Position numbers and translations under genes: made by a program. 35,795 nt of DNA from a virus: UHGV virus genome UHGV-0238106; one strand, written 5' to 3'. The notes beneath the pieces were generated by a model. It searched no databases. It saw only the letters and a list, made by a program, of their open reading frames with translations, and was not told where the DNA came from. Below are positions 1 to 7,987 of this stretch, one piece after another. Position 1 is the first letter of the stretch, and each line of letters starts with the position of its first letter.

Positions 1-733
1 TAATTGACGCTATTCTGTCAACGGTAGTTTTGTATTTCTTTGCAATTGAAGTTAGAGTATCCCCGCTTTTCACTGTGTATTTAAAAGATGTTTCAGTAGA
101 AGTTTTAACTTTTATAAATCCATTTAACCCATTTCTTTTCATGATTTCGGGGTAATCTTTATATGAATAATCAAGGTCAACATTTCCATGAACGCCGCTA
201 ACTGTGCCAGATTCGCTAAATTGCCAAATCCCGCAATTTTCTGCTGGTCTTGAACCAGACCATTGTGTAAGCCATAAATCATATTTACCTAGCAATTCAT
301 CTTTAAACAAATAATTTCTTAGCCAATTTAAACTGCAATAAAGCATGGCATAGTACCCAGCTTTTTCTATTTCATCACAAAAAGCTTTTACTATATCCGT
401 TCTTTTCCTGTTTGATAAAACCAGCATTTCCGAATCTTCAATATCAAAGCATATCGGATACTCAAATTGTTTACCCGAAATGTTTTTTAAACAAAATTCA
501 GCTTCCGCTTTTGCGTCGTCTACGCTAGACGCATAACTGTAATGATAAACACCAACATTAAGCCCGACTGCTTTAGCTTCTGAGTAATTGTATTTAAATC
601 TTTTGTCAACTTGCGTAGGGCTTTCTTTGCCATATCCATCACGCAATATAACAAACTCAATGCCAGCTTTTTTCACTTTCTCAAAGTTGATTAAACCTTG
701 CCATTTGCTTACGTCAATTCCACGTCTGTTCAA
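1..733 (-). CDS. Endolysin, GH25 muramidase + C-terminal LysM (5' part; continues across the genome junction into 35795..35743)
   Basis: Not in the ORF track. TTG start at 733 after an AAAGGAG RBS. Translation MNRRGIDVSKWQG...GVYHYSYA...YPICFDIED...GIWQFS...GNVDLD matches GH25. It is followed by YTVKSGDTLTSIAKKYKTTVDRIASI (LysM). Confidence 0.93.
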   Translation of the reverse strand, partial: MNRRGIDVSKWQGLINFEKVKKAGIEFVILRDGYGKESPTQVDKRFKYNYSEAKAVGLNVGVYHYSYASSVDDAKAEAEFCLKNISGKQFEYPICFDIEDSEMLVLSNRKRTDIVKAFCDEIEKAGYYAMLYCSLNWLRNYLFKDELLGKYDLWLTQWSGSRPAENCGIWQFSESGTVSGVHGNVDLDYSYKDYPEIMKRNGLNGFIKVKTSTETSFKYTVKSGDTLTSIAKKYKTTVDRIASI

Positions 734-746
734 TTTAATCACTCCT

Positions 747-995
747 TTATTTGTTTAGGTTCTTTATACCGCTAAATAAACCACACCCGCTTAGTCCTAA
801 CGCTACACCAATTATTACAGATTTTAATGTTCCGTATTCTTTTGAATATACTATTAAACCGCAAATTATGCCTAAAACAACGTCGATTATTGGTATATAC
901 TTACTTGCTAGCCCCGCTTGCTTTATCGCTTCAGCTATACCCATTATTATCATCACTTGAGACGTTGGTGATAATATTTCTTCTAGCTTACTCAT
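747..995 (-). CDS. Holin
   Basis: 82 aa with 2-3 hydrophobic segments (KYIPIIDVVLGIICGLI; GVALGLSGCGLFSG), immediately upstream of the endolysin. Confidence 0.85.
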   Translation of the reverse strand: MSKLEEILSPTSQVMIIMGIAEAIKQAGLASKYIPIIDVVLGIICGLIVYSKEYGTLKSVIIGVALGLSGCGLFSGIKNLNK

Positions 996-1021
996 AATTC
1001 ACACCCCTTATTTTTATTATA

Positions 1022-1050
1022 ATTATAGCATTTAAACAAATATTTGTCAA
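1022..1050 (-). promoter_or_regulatory. Consensus sigma-A promoter for the holin-endolysin cassette
   Basis: TTGACA (1050-1045), 17 nt, TATAAT (1027-1022). Confidence 0.75.
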
Positions 1051-1059
1051 TTAGGCAAA

Positions 1060-2040
1060 TCATTCATCATCAAAAATGCTATAATTTTGGAACTCATCCA
1101 AATTATATGATTGATGAGGGCGGTTTTTTCTCTTGGCATTCTTATCGTCATAGTTGCCTTCTAGCACCTTGACAATGTTGTCTTCTTTGACAAGCCAATC
1201 AAACGTAGCCCCAGACCATTTGTCCGTGCTACCGTTTAAAAATGAGCTCTCCTGCGCTTTCTTGAAAACAGTTCTTATATCTTCCATGCTAAATTTACTA
1301 GAGATCTTCTTTAATGCCCTATTCCGCTTGTCTGTTATTTTTGCGACGCGCGGTAACGAAACGCATGTTTCGTTATATGCATCAACTATCTCTTGAGATG
1401 TTGGTGCATTTTTTTCTGGTTTTTCTTTTTTATCATCTATATCTAACTCTTTCTCTGTGTAACAGTTTGGTAACGATTGGGTAACGGTGTTACCGTTACT
1501 ACTCTTACCATATCCATTACCATATCCATTACCATATCCATAGGGGGTGGTATCGTTAGACGTATCGTTAGACGTATCGTTAGAATATTTTAAATTTCCA
1601 TTTTTATTTTCATAATCATAAATAAGTTTTTTTATAGTTTCATTTAACGATTCGTAATTTTTGATGTGTGAAAAGACAAAAGAAATAAGAGATTTATCTT
1701 TTACGGCTTTTATTTCTTTAACTAAACAATCTCTTACAGGAGCACCGCCTTTTATGATTGAATATTTTAAAAAGTTTTTAATTGCTAATTCGTTTGTTGT
1801 CTTTGATCTGAGTATAATTCCGTATTTTGTTTCAAAGCGGTCAAGTAATACTGATACTGCTTCTACTGAATATCCTAATTCAAAAGCCATTACTCGTTTA
1901 TTGAACTCATAAATTCCTAATAATGTTGTATGTGAATTAGTTAGAAGATACAACATAAAATACTTATCTTCTGGGCTAAATAAATCTACTACTTTATTGT
2001 CACTCCAAAATCTCGTGTCTACTATTCTTTTAAGTCCCAT
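1060..2040 (-). CDS. Phage replication initiator / replisome organizer (Rep1)
   Basis: N-terminus KRIVDTRFWSD...FSPEDKYFMLYLLTN is typical of Firmicute phage replisome organizers. Repeat-rich linker, then C-terminal W-x-ATFDWL...KVLEGNY. ATG at 2040 follows AAAGGAG. Confidence 0.82.
   Translation of the reverse strand: MGLKRIVDTRFWSDNKVVDLFSPEDKYFMLYLLTNSHTTLLGIYEFNKRVMAFELGYSVEAVSVLLDRFETKYGIILRSKTTNELAIKNFLKYSIIKGGAPVRDCLVKEIKAVKDKSLISFVFSHIKNYESLNETIKKLIYDYENKNGNLKYSNDTSNDTSNDTTPYGYGNGYGNGYGKSSNGNTVTQSLPNCYTEKELDIDDKKEKPEKNAPTSQEIVDAYNETCVSLPRVAKITDKRNRALKKISSKFSMEDIRTVFKKAQESSFLNGSTDKWSGATFDWLVKEDNIVKVLEGNYDDKNAKRKNRPHQSYNLDEFQNYSIFDDE
1459..1584. repeat. Iteron-like repeats inside rep1 (putative origin)
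   Basis: GTATCGTTAGA(C) x3 (1550-1584), TTACCATATCCA x3 (1505-1540), GTAAC/GTTAC repeats (1459-1499). Confidence 0.7.
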
Positions 2041-2216
2041 TTCTATTCTCCTTTTACACATAAAAATACGCCTATTAATAGATTAGTGCCTAAAGGTTAA
2101 CAAACAAAACCTATCTAATCTATTAATAGACGTACTATTATAAAATATTCGATTTTTATATCATTTGTTAATTTTTTAGGCATTTATATTATAACACACT
2201 CAACTTGGTTTGTAAA
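2041..2216 (-). promoter_or_regulatory. Promoter and structured leader (attenuator/pseudoknot) of rep1
   Basis: TTTACA(2216-2211)-17-TATAAT(2193-2188). A 20-bp stem at 2067-2134 is followed by a U-tract. Its loop (2087-2104) is complementary to the leader 5' end (2164-2182). Confidence 0.7.
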
Positions 2217-2244
2217 GCCCTTTTTAAAAAAAATTTAAAAAATT

Positions 2245-2275
2245 CTCTTAGGGCGGTGAATTCGAACCCTAAGAG
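2245..2275 (-). terminator. Intrinsic terminator-like hairpin
   Basis: CTCTTAGGG-N13-CCCTAAGAG followed by AATTTTTT on the minus strand. Confidence 0.6.
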
Positions 2276-2428
2276 GTTTATAACTACAAAAGGTTGCGTG
2301 ACTGTGACTGCCATTAATATATATTTTTTCAAAAAATATATCAAGTAAAATTTTAGTAAAAGTTTCATATAGATAATTAACAATGATACATTTTTTCGTA
2401 AAAAGTTGTTAACTTGACTTTTGAGTAA

Positions 2429-2785
2429 TCAGTGGTATATTTTTTCCGTTGCACAATTACTAATAATACAATCGTCAAAGATACAGTTAAAACAATCCCC
2501 ATTGCATTTAACGCCGATTTTGTTTTTTTCGTGATATTCTCTTTGATAGGCTTTCATCTTTTCCTTGTTTTTTTCGTAATATTTTCTTTTTTGGTTTTTT
2601 ATCTTCTCTCTATTTTTTTTACGATATTCTCTATTTTGATCTTTTATCTTCTCTCTGTTTTTTTCATGATACTTTTTTGATCGTTCTGCTATCTTTTTCT
2701 TATTTTTTTTACGATATTCTTTTTGATAGGCTAGTATCTTCTCTATGTTTTTTTTGTAATATTTTTTCTTTTTGTTTGATTCCAT
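2429..2785 (-). CDS. Lys/Tyr-rich repeat protein with C-terminal CNxDCFNCIxDDC motif
   Basis: Probable ATG at 2785 after GAAAGGCG. ~15-aa repeats (K/E)YxxKN(R/K)EKI. Paralogue of 7104..7397. Confidence 0.7.
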   Translation of the reverse strand: MESNKKKKYYKKNIEKILAYQKEYRKKNKKKIAERSKKYHEKNREKIKDQNREYRKKNREKIKNQKRKYYEKNKEKMKAYQREYHEKNKIGVKCNGDCFNCIFDDCIISNCATEKIYH

Positions 2786-2876
2786 AATACGCCTTTCGTT
2801 AAAATAATAACTTGACTTTTTAAAAGTATGGGTTATAATATTATTGAAGTATTTGAATATGCCGTTTGGAGTACAG

Positions 2877-2911
2877 AAAAGCACCGCTGATTAATCACAG
2901 TGGTGCTTTTT
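2877..2911. terminator. Terminator hairpin downstream of the Rha-like gene
   Basis: AAAAGCACCGCTG...CAGTGGTGCTTTT with T-tracts on both strands. Confidence 0.7.
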
Positions 2912-2912
2912 A

Positions 2913-3560
2913 TTACTTACAATGTTTGTATATTATTTCTGATATATGTGGTATATCAACGCCGAGGGATTGTGCTTCCATCAAAGACGAAACTTTTTGA
3001 ATGATCTGGTTTCTGAATAATATCATTTCTTTAGTCATATCTTCAACTTTAATCATCTTATCAATCCCAAATTTAATGCTAGTGGCTTTATTAGCAATTG
3101 TATTGGCTTTTATGTATTGCCTTGGTTTTATATCACTTATGCTATTTTTAAGCAATTTCATGCTGTTTTTAGTTATTTCCTTGCTTGTTTCTCGTATAGC
3201 TTTATATTCGGGTGTTTTTAATTCATCAAGAACCTTTTTAGCTTCATAAAATTGTCTAACGAGTAATTTTTTAAAGTCTCTTACTGATTGAGTATTTTTT
3301 AAGTAAGTCAACAATAAAGTGGCTTGTTGCTCATTGTATAAATATACATTTCTTGCCCTGCCCCTACCAAATTTGTCTATTTTATAGCTGTAATGCTTTA
3401 ATTTACCAAATTCTTCGAAATCTGACTTATATTTTTCTGTTATCTGTTGTACCGTACGATGTGCAATGCCTGCGTGAATGGATATAATTTCGCTATTAGT
3501 AAAAGCGTTTTTATTCTGTATAAACACCAGTTCATCATCGCCTTTTATTATTTTATTCAT
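2913..3560 (-). CDS. Rha-family phage regulatory protein
   Basis: FTNSEIIS...H..VQQI..KYKSDFEEFG...GRGR..VYLYNEQQATLLLTYLKNT..VRDFKKLLVRQF is a Rha-like pattern. GGAGG RBS. Confidence 0.82.
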   Translation of the reverse strand: MNKIIKGDDELVFIQNKNAFTNSEIISIHAGIAHRTVQQITEKYKSDFEEFGKLKHYSYKIDKFGRGRARNVYLYNEQQATLLLTYLKNTQSVRDFKKLLVRQFYEAKKVLDELKTPEYKAIRETSKEITKNSMKLLKNSISDIKPRQYIKANTIANKATSIKFGIDKMIKVEDMTKEMILFRNQIIQKVSSLMEAQSLGVDIPHISEIIYKHCK

Positions 3561-3685
3561 GTTACCTCCTGTATGTAACTACCTGATTTTAAAATAAGGG
3601 GAAACGGCTCAGGTAACCGCTTTTCATGTTGCAATCACTATCCCCCATCAATATAGATTATGCCATAATTCTAGGTGGTATTCAA
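3561..3685 (-). promoter_or_regulatory. Promoter and structured 5' leader of the Rha-like gene
   Basis: TTGAAT(3685-3680)-17-CATAAT(3662-3657). The leader has a GGGGA/TCCCC closing stem and an AAGCGGTT/AGCCGTTT hairpin. The TACCTGA element at that loop is complementary to downstream TCAGGTA. Confidence 0.6.
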
Positions 3686-3849
3686 ATTAATTATTTGATT
3701 TTTTGTTTTAACGTTATTATTTGTATTCGGATTTTGGATACTTACTATTTTATCTTTTACTACTTGTTTGTTTATTTAAATCTTTTTCTAATCTTTACTA
3801 TATTTCTTGTTGGTTTTATGATTTGCTTTTTGGTGGATATCAAGAAATA

Positions 3850-4343
3850 ATGCACCCCCTCATCGATTTTGGTTGAGGGGGCGTTTTTATCTTTTCAAAA
3901 CGTATGTGCTTCTCGGAGCCATATCGAAGTTTCTAACGCTGGATTTTATCCCATCAGTCTCAAACGGTCTAAGGTCGCTCGAAAAACCGCAATCACCACA
4001 ATATTCGACTGATGCCTTAGTGTTTCCACTAGCAACGGGGTGAACTGTTTCTTATGTAGTCCAAATCTTAATTTTATGTCTTGTGCTAAGACAAACCGCC
4101 AATTGGATCAGCCTCTAACGCTCGGTAAACCGCTGGTTAGGCGGCACGTTATTTTTTGCCTTGGTTGTCAGTCAACAAGTGTTGTTTTTACCTGGTTTGC
4201 GTTCAACAGGAAATAAACCGCAAAAAAATAGCGCTCATCGCAATCCACTCGATTTACGCTACCTCTTACGGTTTACCATATCCAATTGTCCGCATTTACT
4301 GAGGTGGATTGAACACAGTAAACCGTCTGAGTCTTTAAACTCT
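3850..4343 (-). ncRNA. Large structured non-coding RNA (~490 nt; possibly ROOL/GOLLD-class, family not established)
   Basis: GC-enriched region with no credible ORF, bounded by TTTACA-17-TATATT (4378-4350) and a CCCCCTCA/TGAGGGGG terminator (3853-3883). Contains many long-range complementary helices (see findings). Confidence 0.72.
3853..3890. terminator. Intrinsic terminator hairpin
   Basis: CCCCCTCA-TCGATTTTGGT-TGAGGGGG with T-rich flanks on both strands. Confidence 0.75.
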
Positions 4344-4473
4344 ATTTATAATATAACACAAATATTTTAATTTGTAAAGCACTTTTTAAAAAAAAATTAA
4401 AGTTTCTCATATGGAACTAAAATTAATCTATACAGACATTATTTTAGTAAAATTATCATAATCCCCCTAAAGA

Positions 4474-4722
4474 TTAAAAAATATATTTTTTATCTTTTAG
4501 CTCTTGTAATTCGCTATTATTATCCAATCCAACAATTTCAATTAATTCCTCTTCTGTTATTACTGGGTTTGATTTCAATATGCAAAACCTAGCAATCTTT
4601 TTAAATATTTCCTTTGATTTTCTACTGATACTTTCTTTTTCAAAAAACATAGGAGTTTTAAGCTGACCCCTATCATCAATTACAAACCCCATAATTTTTA
4701 ATTCATTTATTATATGGTTCAT
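4474..4722 (-). CDS. Hypothetical protein
   Basis: 82-aa ORF with an AAAGGTGG RBS. Confidence 0.6.
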   Translation of the reverse strand: MNHIINELKIMGFVIDDRGQLKTPMFFEKESISRKSKEIFKKIARFCILKSNPVITEEELIEIVGLDNNSELQELKDKKYIF

Positions 4723-4851
4723 ACATATTTACCACCTTTCTTGGCTGTAAATTATATATTAAAATTTATAACATTTCAATATATATATTTTATTTTTTAT
4801 ATTTCTTTGATATAATTAGAAGTATAAAATTAAAGAAAGGATTGATATATT

Positions 4852-6087
4852 ATGCCACAGTTGCCTGAGCCTATAAGTCGTAAAGACGCATTGCTTCATA
4901 ATATAGCAGATGGCACACCGAGCATTAAAGATTTAATCCCTATTAGCCGTGAAGAAACATTTCTTCATAACATAGCTGATGGGACACCAGATATAAACGA
5001 TTTAATCCCTATTAGCCGTGAAGAAGTATATTTGAAATATATAGCCGAAAACGGAAGCGGTGGCGGCGGTGCTGATGTTTCGGGCGTTACGGCTACCGCT
5101 GATGATGTAGACACAGGGAAAATATTTGTCGATTCTAGCGGTAAAGAAGTAACAGGAATAAGCACCGCTAAAGCTGATTTAAAAGAACTTAAAGAAAATA
5201 TCGAAGCGCTTAATGACGAATTAGAGCCAGTAATTTTAGGTGATGGAAGCGGTGGTGGTTTTCAATTATCAAATGTTATAGGGATGATTGATAGAACGGC
5301 AACAGAGATAACGCTTCCTAGTGGGCTGACGAAAATTGGGAATTATGCTTTTTATAATTATTCAACCTTACCTTCGATTGATATCCCTGAGAGTGTTACC
5401 AATATTGAAAATAGTGCTTTTAGAGAGTGCAACAAACTAGCTTTAACTTCTCTTCCTAGTGGTATAACTAGTATTGGGGAGGGCGCTTTTCAAAGTTGCA
5501 CGAACCTAGCCCTGACTTCTCTACCTGAGGTGCTTACAAGTATAGGAAGCGATGCTTTTAAAGAGTGCAGAAACTTAGCCTTAACTTCTTTACCCAGCGG
5601 TTTAACTAGTATTGGAAGTGGTGCTTTTCAATACTGTGAAAAACTAGCTTTAACCTCTTTACCGAGTGGCGTCACTAGTATTGGAGGCTATACTTTTGGA
5701 TATTGCAAAAACTTAGCCTTAACTTCTTTACCGAATGGAGTTACGACAATAGGGCGTTATGCTTTTGAATATTGCACCAACCTTGCTTTAACTTCTTTAC
5801 CCAGTAGTTTAACTAGCATTGCATACAGTACTTTTGACAGTTGCAAAAAACTAGCTATAACTTCAATTCCAAGTGGTATAACTAGTATTGAACCCAATGC
5901 TTTTTCTAGTTGCACAGGCCTAACCGAAATTACTTTCGAGGGCACACCTAAAACTTTAAATTCAACCGCTTTTGGCGGCTGCACCAACTTAACTACTATT
6001 CGTGTTCCGTGGAACGAAGGCGAAGTAGCTGGAGCTCCCTGGGGCGCTACTAATGCAACAATTGTCTACAACTACACATCACAATAA
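4852..6087 (+). CDS. BspA-type (LRR_5) leucine-rich repeat protein, possible receptor-binding or accessory protein
   Basis: About ten 23-aa repeats LPSGxTSIGxxAFxxCxNLALTS. N-terminal PISREExxLHNIADGTP repeats and a VTATADDVDTGKIFVDSSG motif resembling phage fibre N-termini. Confidence 0.85.
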   Translation: MPQLPEPISRKDALLHNIADGTPSIKDLIPISREETFLHNIADGTPDINDLIPISREEVYLKYIAENGSGGGGADVSGVTATADDVDTGKIFVDSSGKEVTGISTAKADLKELKENIEALNDELEPVILGDGSGGGFQLSNVIGMIDRTATEITLPSGLTKIGNYAFYNYSTLPSIDIPESVTNIENSAFRECNKLALTSLPSGITSIGEGAFQSCTNLALTSLPEVLTSIGSDAFKECRNLALTSLPSGLTSIGSGAFQYCEKLALTSLPSGVTSIGGYTFGYCKNLALTSLPNGVTTIGRYAFEYCTNLALTSLPSSLTSIAYSTFDSCKKLAITSIPSGITSIEPNAFSSCTGLTEITFEGTPKTLNSTAFGGCTNLTTIRVPWNEGEVAGAPWGATNATIVYNYTSQ

Positions 6088-6102
6088 AGGAGGTAAAATC
6101 AA

Positions 6103-7089
6103 ATGGCAACTAATACAATAAATGAAAATGTTGAACAAGCAATTCTTGATTTTGGAACTATTAAGCAAGCAATTATAGATAAAGGCGTTGAAGTTCCAGA
6201 CGGAACTCCTACAAGCCAATACGCTACTAAAATTGGCGAAATCCAAAGTGGTGGAAGCTCTAGTGATGATTTTAAAGGAATGGTTGAAAGAACGGCGACG
6301 GAGGTTGCTCTTCCGAGTGATTGCACTAAAATTGGAGATTATGCTTTTGCTATTTATATAAGTTTAACCTCTGTTGACATTCCTAAGAGTGTTACTAGTA
6401 TTGGAAGCTATGCTTTTCAACTCTGCAAAAACCTAGCTTTAACTTCTTTACCTGAGAGTGTTACTAGTATTAATGGCCATGCTTTTTCAGAGTGTACCAA
6501 ACTAGCTCTAACCTCTTTGCCTGAGGGGATTACTAGTATTGGAGAAAATGCTTTTTATGGCTGCACAAACCTAGCCTTAACCTATTTGCCTAGTGGGATT
6601 ACTAAAATTCTGGGTAGTACTTTTCATGGATGTTCAAACCTAGCCTTAACTTCTTTGCTTGAGAGTGTAACTTATATTGGATATAGTGCTTTTAGCAATT
6701 GCACAAACCTAGCCTTAACTTCTTTACCGAGTGGAGTTACGAAGATAGAAAATTATGTTTTTAACAATTGCGTCAACTTATCCTTAACATCTTTGCCTGA
6801 TGGTGTAACTTATATTGGAAACTATGCTTTTGCCAATTGCACCAACTTATCCTTAGCATCTTTGCCTGATGGTGTAACTAGTATTGAGGACTATGCTTTT
6901 AGAGGTTGCACAGGCCTAACCGAAATAACTTTCGAGGGTACACCTAACTCTATAGACTCAACCGCTTTTTCTGGTTGCACCAACCTAACAACCATCCGTG
7001 TTCCGTGGGCTGAGGGCGAAGTTTCAGGCGCACCCTGGGGAGCTTCGAACGCCAGCTTAATATATTCATACACCCCCGAAACCACATAA
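6103..7089 (+). CDS. BspA-type (LRR_5) leucine-rich repeat protein, paralogue of 4852..6087
   Basis: Same 23-aa repeats and the same C-cap (TTIRVPWxEGEVxGAPWGAxNA). N-terminus IKQAIIDKGVEVPDGTPTSQYATKI. AAAGGAGG RBS. Confidence 0.85.
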   Translation: MATNTINENVEQAILDFGTIKQAIIDKGVEVPDGTPTSQYATKIGEIQSGGSSSDDFKGMVERTATEVALPSDCTKIGDYAFAIYISLTSVDIPKSVTSIGSYAFQLCKNLALTSLPESVTSINGHAFSECTKLALTSLPEGITSIGENAFYGCTNLALTYLPSGITKILGSTFHGCSNLALTSLLESVTYIGYSAFSNCTNLALTSLPSGVTKIENYVFNNCVNLSLTSLPDGVTYIGNYAFANCTNLSLASLPDGVTSIEDYAFRGCTGLTEITFEGTPNSIDSTAFSGCTNLTTIRVPWAEGEVSGAPWGASNASLIYSYTPETT

Positions 7090-7103
7090 TTTAGGTATTG
7101 AAA

Positions 7104-7397
7104 ATGAGAAATAGTAAATACTATCATGATTACTATTTAAAAAACAAAGATAAATTAAGAGAAAATCTAAAAGTTTACTATTTTAAAAACAGAGAAAAAA
7201 TTAAAGAATATTCAAGAATTTACTATATTAAAAATAGAGAAAGACTATTAGAATATCAAAAACAGTATTACATGAAAAACAAAGAAAAAATAAATGCAAA
7301 GCAGCGTGAAAAACGCAGAAAAGACAAGGGATTGAACAAGCAAATTTGCAATATGGATTGTTTTAATTGTATTTATGATGATTGTATTTTAAAATAA
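7104..7397 (+). CDS. Lys/Tyr-rich repeat protein with CNMDCFNCIYDDC motif
   Basis: YYxKN(R/K)EKI repeats; paralogue of 2429..2785. Confidence 0.7.
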   Translation: MRNSKYYHDYYLKNKDKLRENLKVYYFKNREKIKEYSRIYYIKNRERLLEYQKQYYMKNKEKINAKQREKRRKDKGLNKQICNMDCFNCIYDDCILK

Positions 7398-7415
7398 TAA
7401 AAAGGAGAAATGAAC

Positions 7416-7577
7416 ATGCAAAAATTAGTAATGTACAGACTTATAGCAGATGAAGGTAAACTTATAACCAATGGAGAAATAACAGGCCCCGTTATAGACG
7501 TAGCACCTAATTTATATGTAAATGACTTTTATGAAATTGACGAACCTAAAGAAGAAAAAAAAGAAGAAGAAAAATAA
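7416..7577 (+). CDS. Small hypothetical protein (53 aa)
   Basis: Not in the ORF track. AAAGGAG RBS; MQKLVMYRLIADEGKLITNGEITGPVIDVAPNLYVNDFYEIDEPKEEKKEEEK. Followed by a terminator. Confidence 0.7.
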   Translation: MQKLVMYRLIADEGKLITNGEITGPVIDVAPNLYVNDFYEIDEPKEEKKEEEK

Positions 7578-7585
7578 AATCAATA

Positions 7586-7612
7586 GACCGCAAAAGCGGT
7601 CTTTTTTTGTTT
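7586..7612 (+). terminator. Rho-independent terminator ending the LRR operon
   Basis: AGACCGC-AAAA-GCGGTCT-TTTTTTG. Confidence 0.85.
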
Positions 7613-7640
7613 TGTGGATTATTGATTAAATTTTAATAAT

Positions 7641-7699
7641 TTAAAAAAAATTAATTTTTTTAAAAAATAGTTGACAAATATAAAATAATATGTTATTAT
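7641..7699 (+). promoter_or_regulatory. Early sigma-A promoter with upstream A/T inverted repeat
   Basis: TTGACA(7671)-17-TATTAT(7694), preceded by a TTAAAAAAAATTAATTTTTTTAA near-palindrome. Confidence 0.7.
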
Positions 7700-7729
7700 A
7701 TAAACATGAGAGCAAAAGAGGTGAAATAA

Positions 7730-7975
7730 ATGCTTAATATGATTGATTATCTAACAGAGGAAGAAATATTCAAGGTTATAGATATATGTCAAGAGTTTAT
7801 AAACGGAATAAACCGCAATGATATTTATAATCTGATATCAAACTACGATAGTGCCATAATGAAAAAGAAATTTAAAGAAGCCGCAACCATGGAACTTGCT
7901 TTATATTATATTTATCATTATTCAAAGCGTAAATGTAAAAGAATAAGTCCAAGAAAAATTCAAAACAAAAAATAA
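7730..7975 (+). CDS. Hypothetical protein
   Basis: 81 aa, GAGGTG RBS, first gene after the promoter. Confidence 0.7.
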   Translation: MLNMIDYLTEEEIFKVIDICQEFINGINRNDIYNLISNYDSAIMKKKFKEAATMELALYYIYHYSKRKCKRISPRKIQNKK

Positions 7976-7987
7976 GGAGCAATTAAA

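Noticed and set aside
2245..2310. tRNA gene (GGTTCGAAT T-loop-like motif on the minus strand)
   Set aside because: No acceptor, D or anticodon arms can be formed; the motif lies in a simple 9-bp hairpin.
3850..4343. Group I/II intron, tmRNA or RNase P as the identity of the large RNA
   Set aside because: It interrupts no gene, and I found no P7 core, domain V, tRNA-like ends with a tag ORF, or RNase P P4 consensus.
3626..4370. Plus-strand ORFs 3626..3850 and 4161..4370
   Set aside because: No RBS and low-complexity or atypical composition. They are antisense to the rha promoter region and the structured RNA.
4852..7089. Diversity-generating retroelement acting on the LRR genes
   Set aside because: There is no reverse transcriptase ORF in the complete genome. 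The paralogue differences are not restricted to adenines, and I saw no non-coding template repeat.
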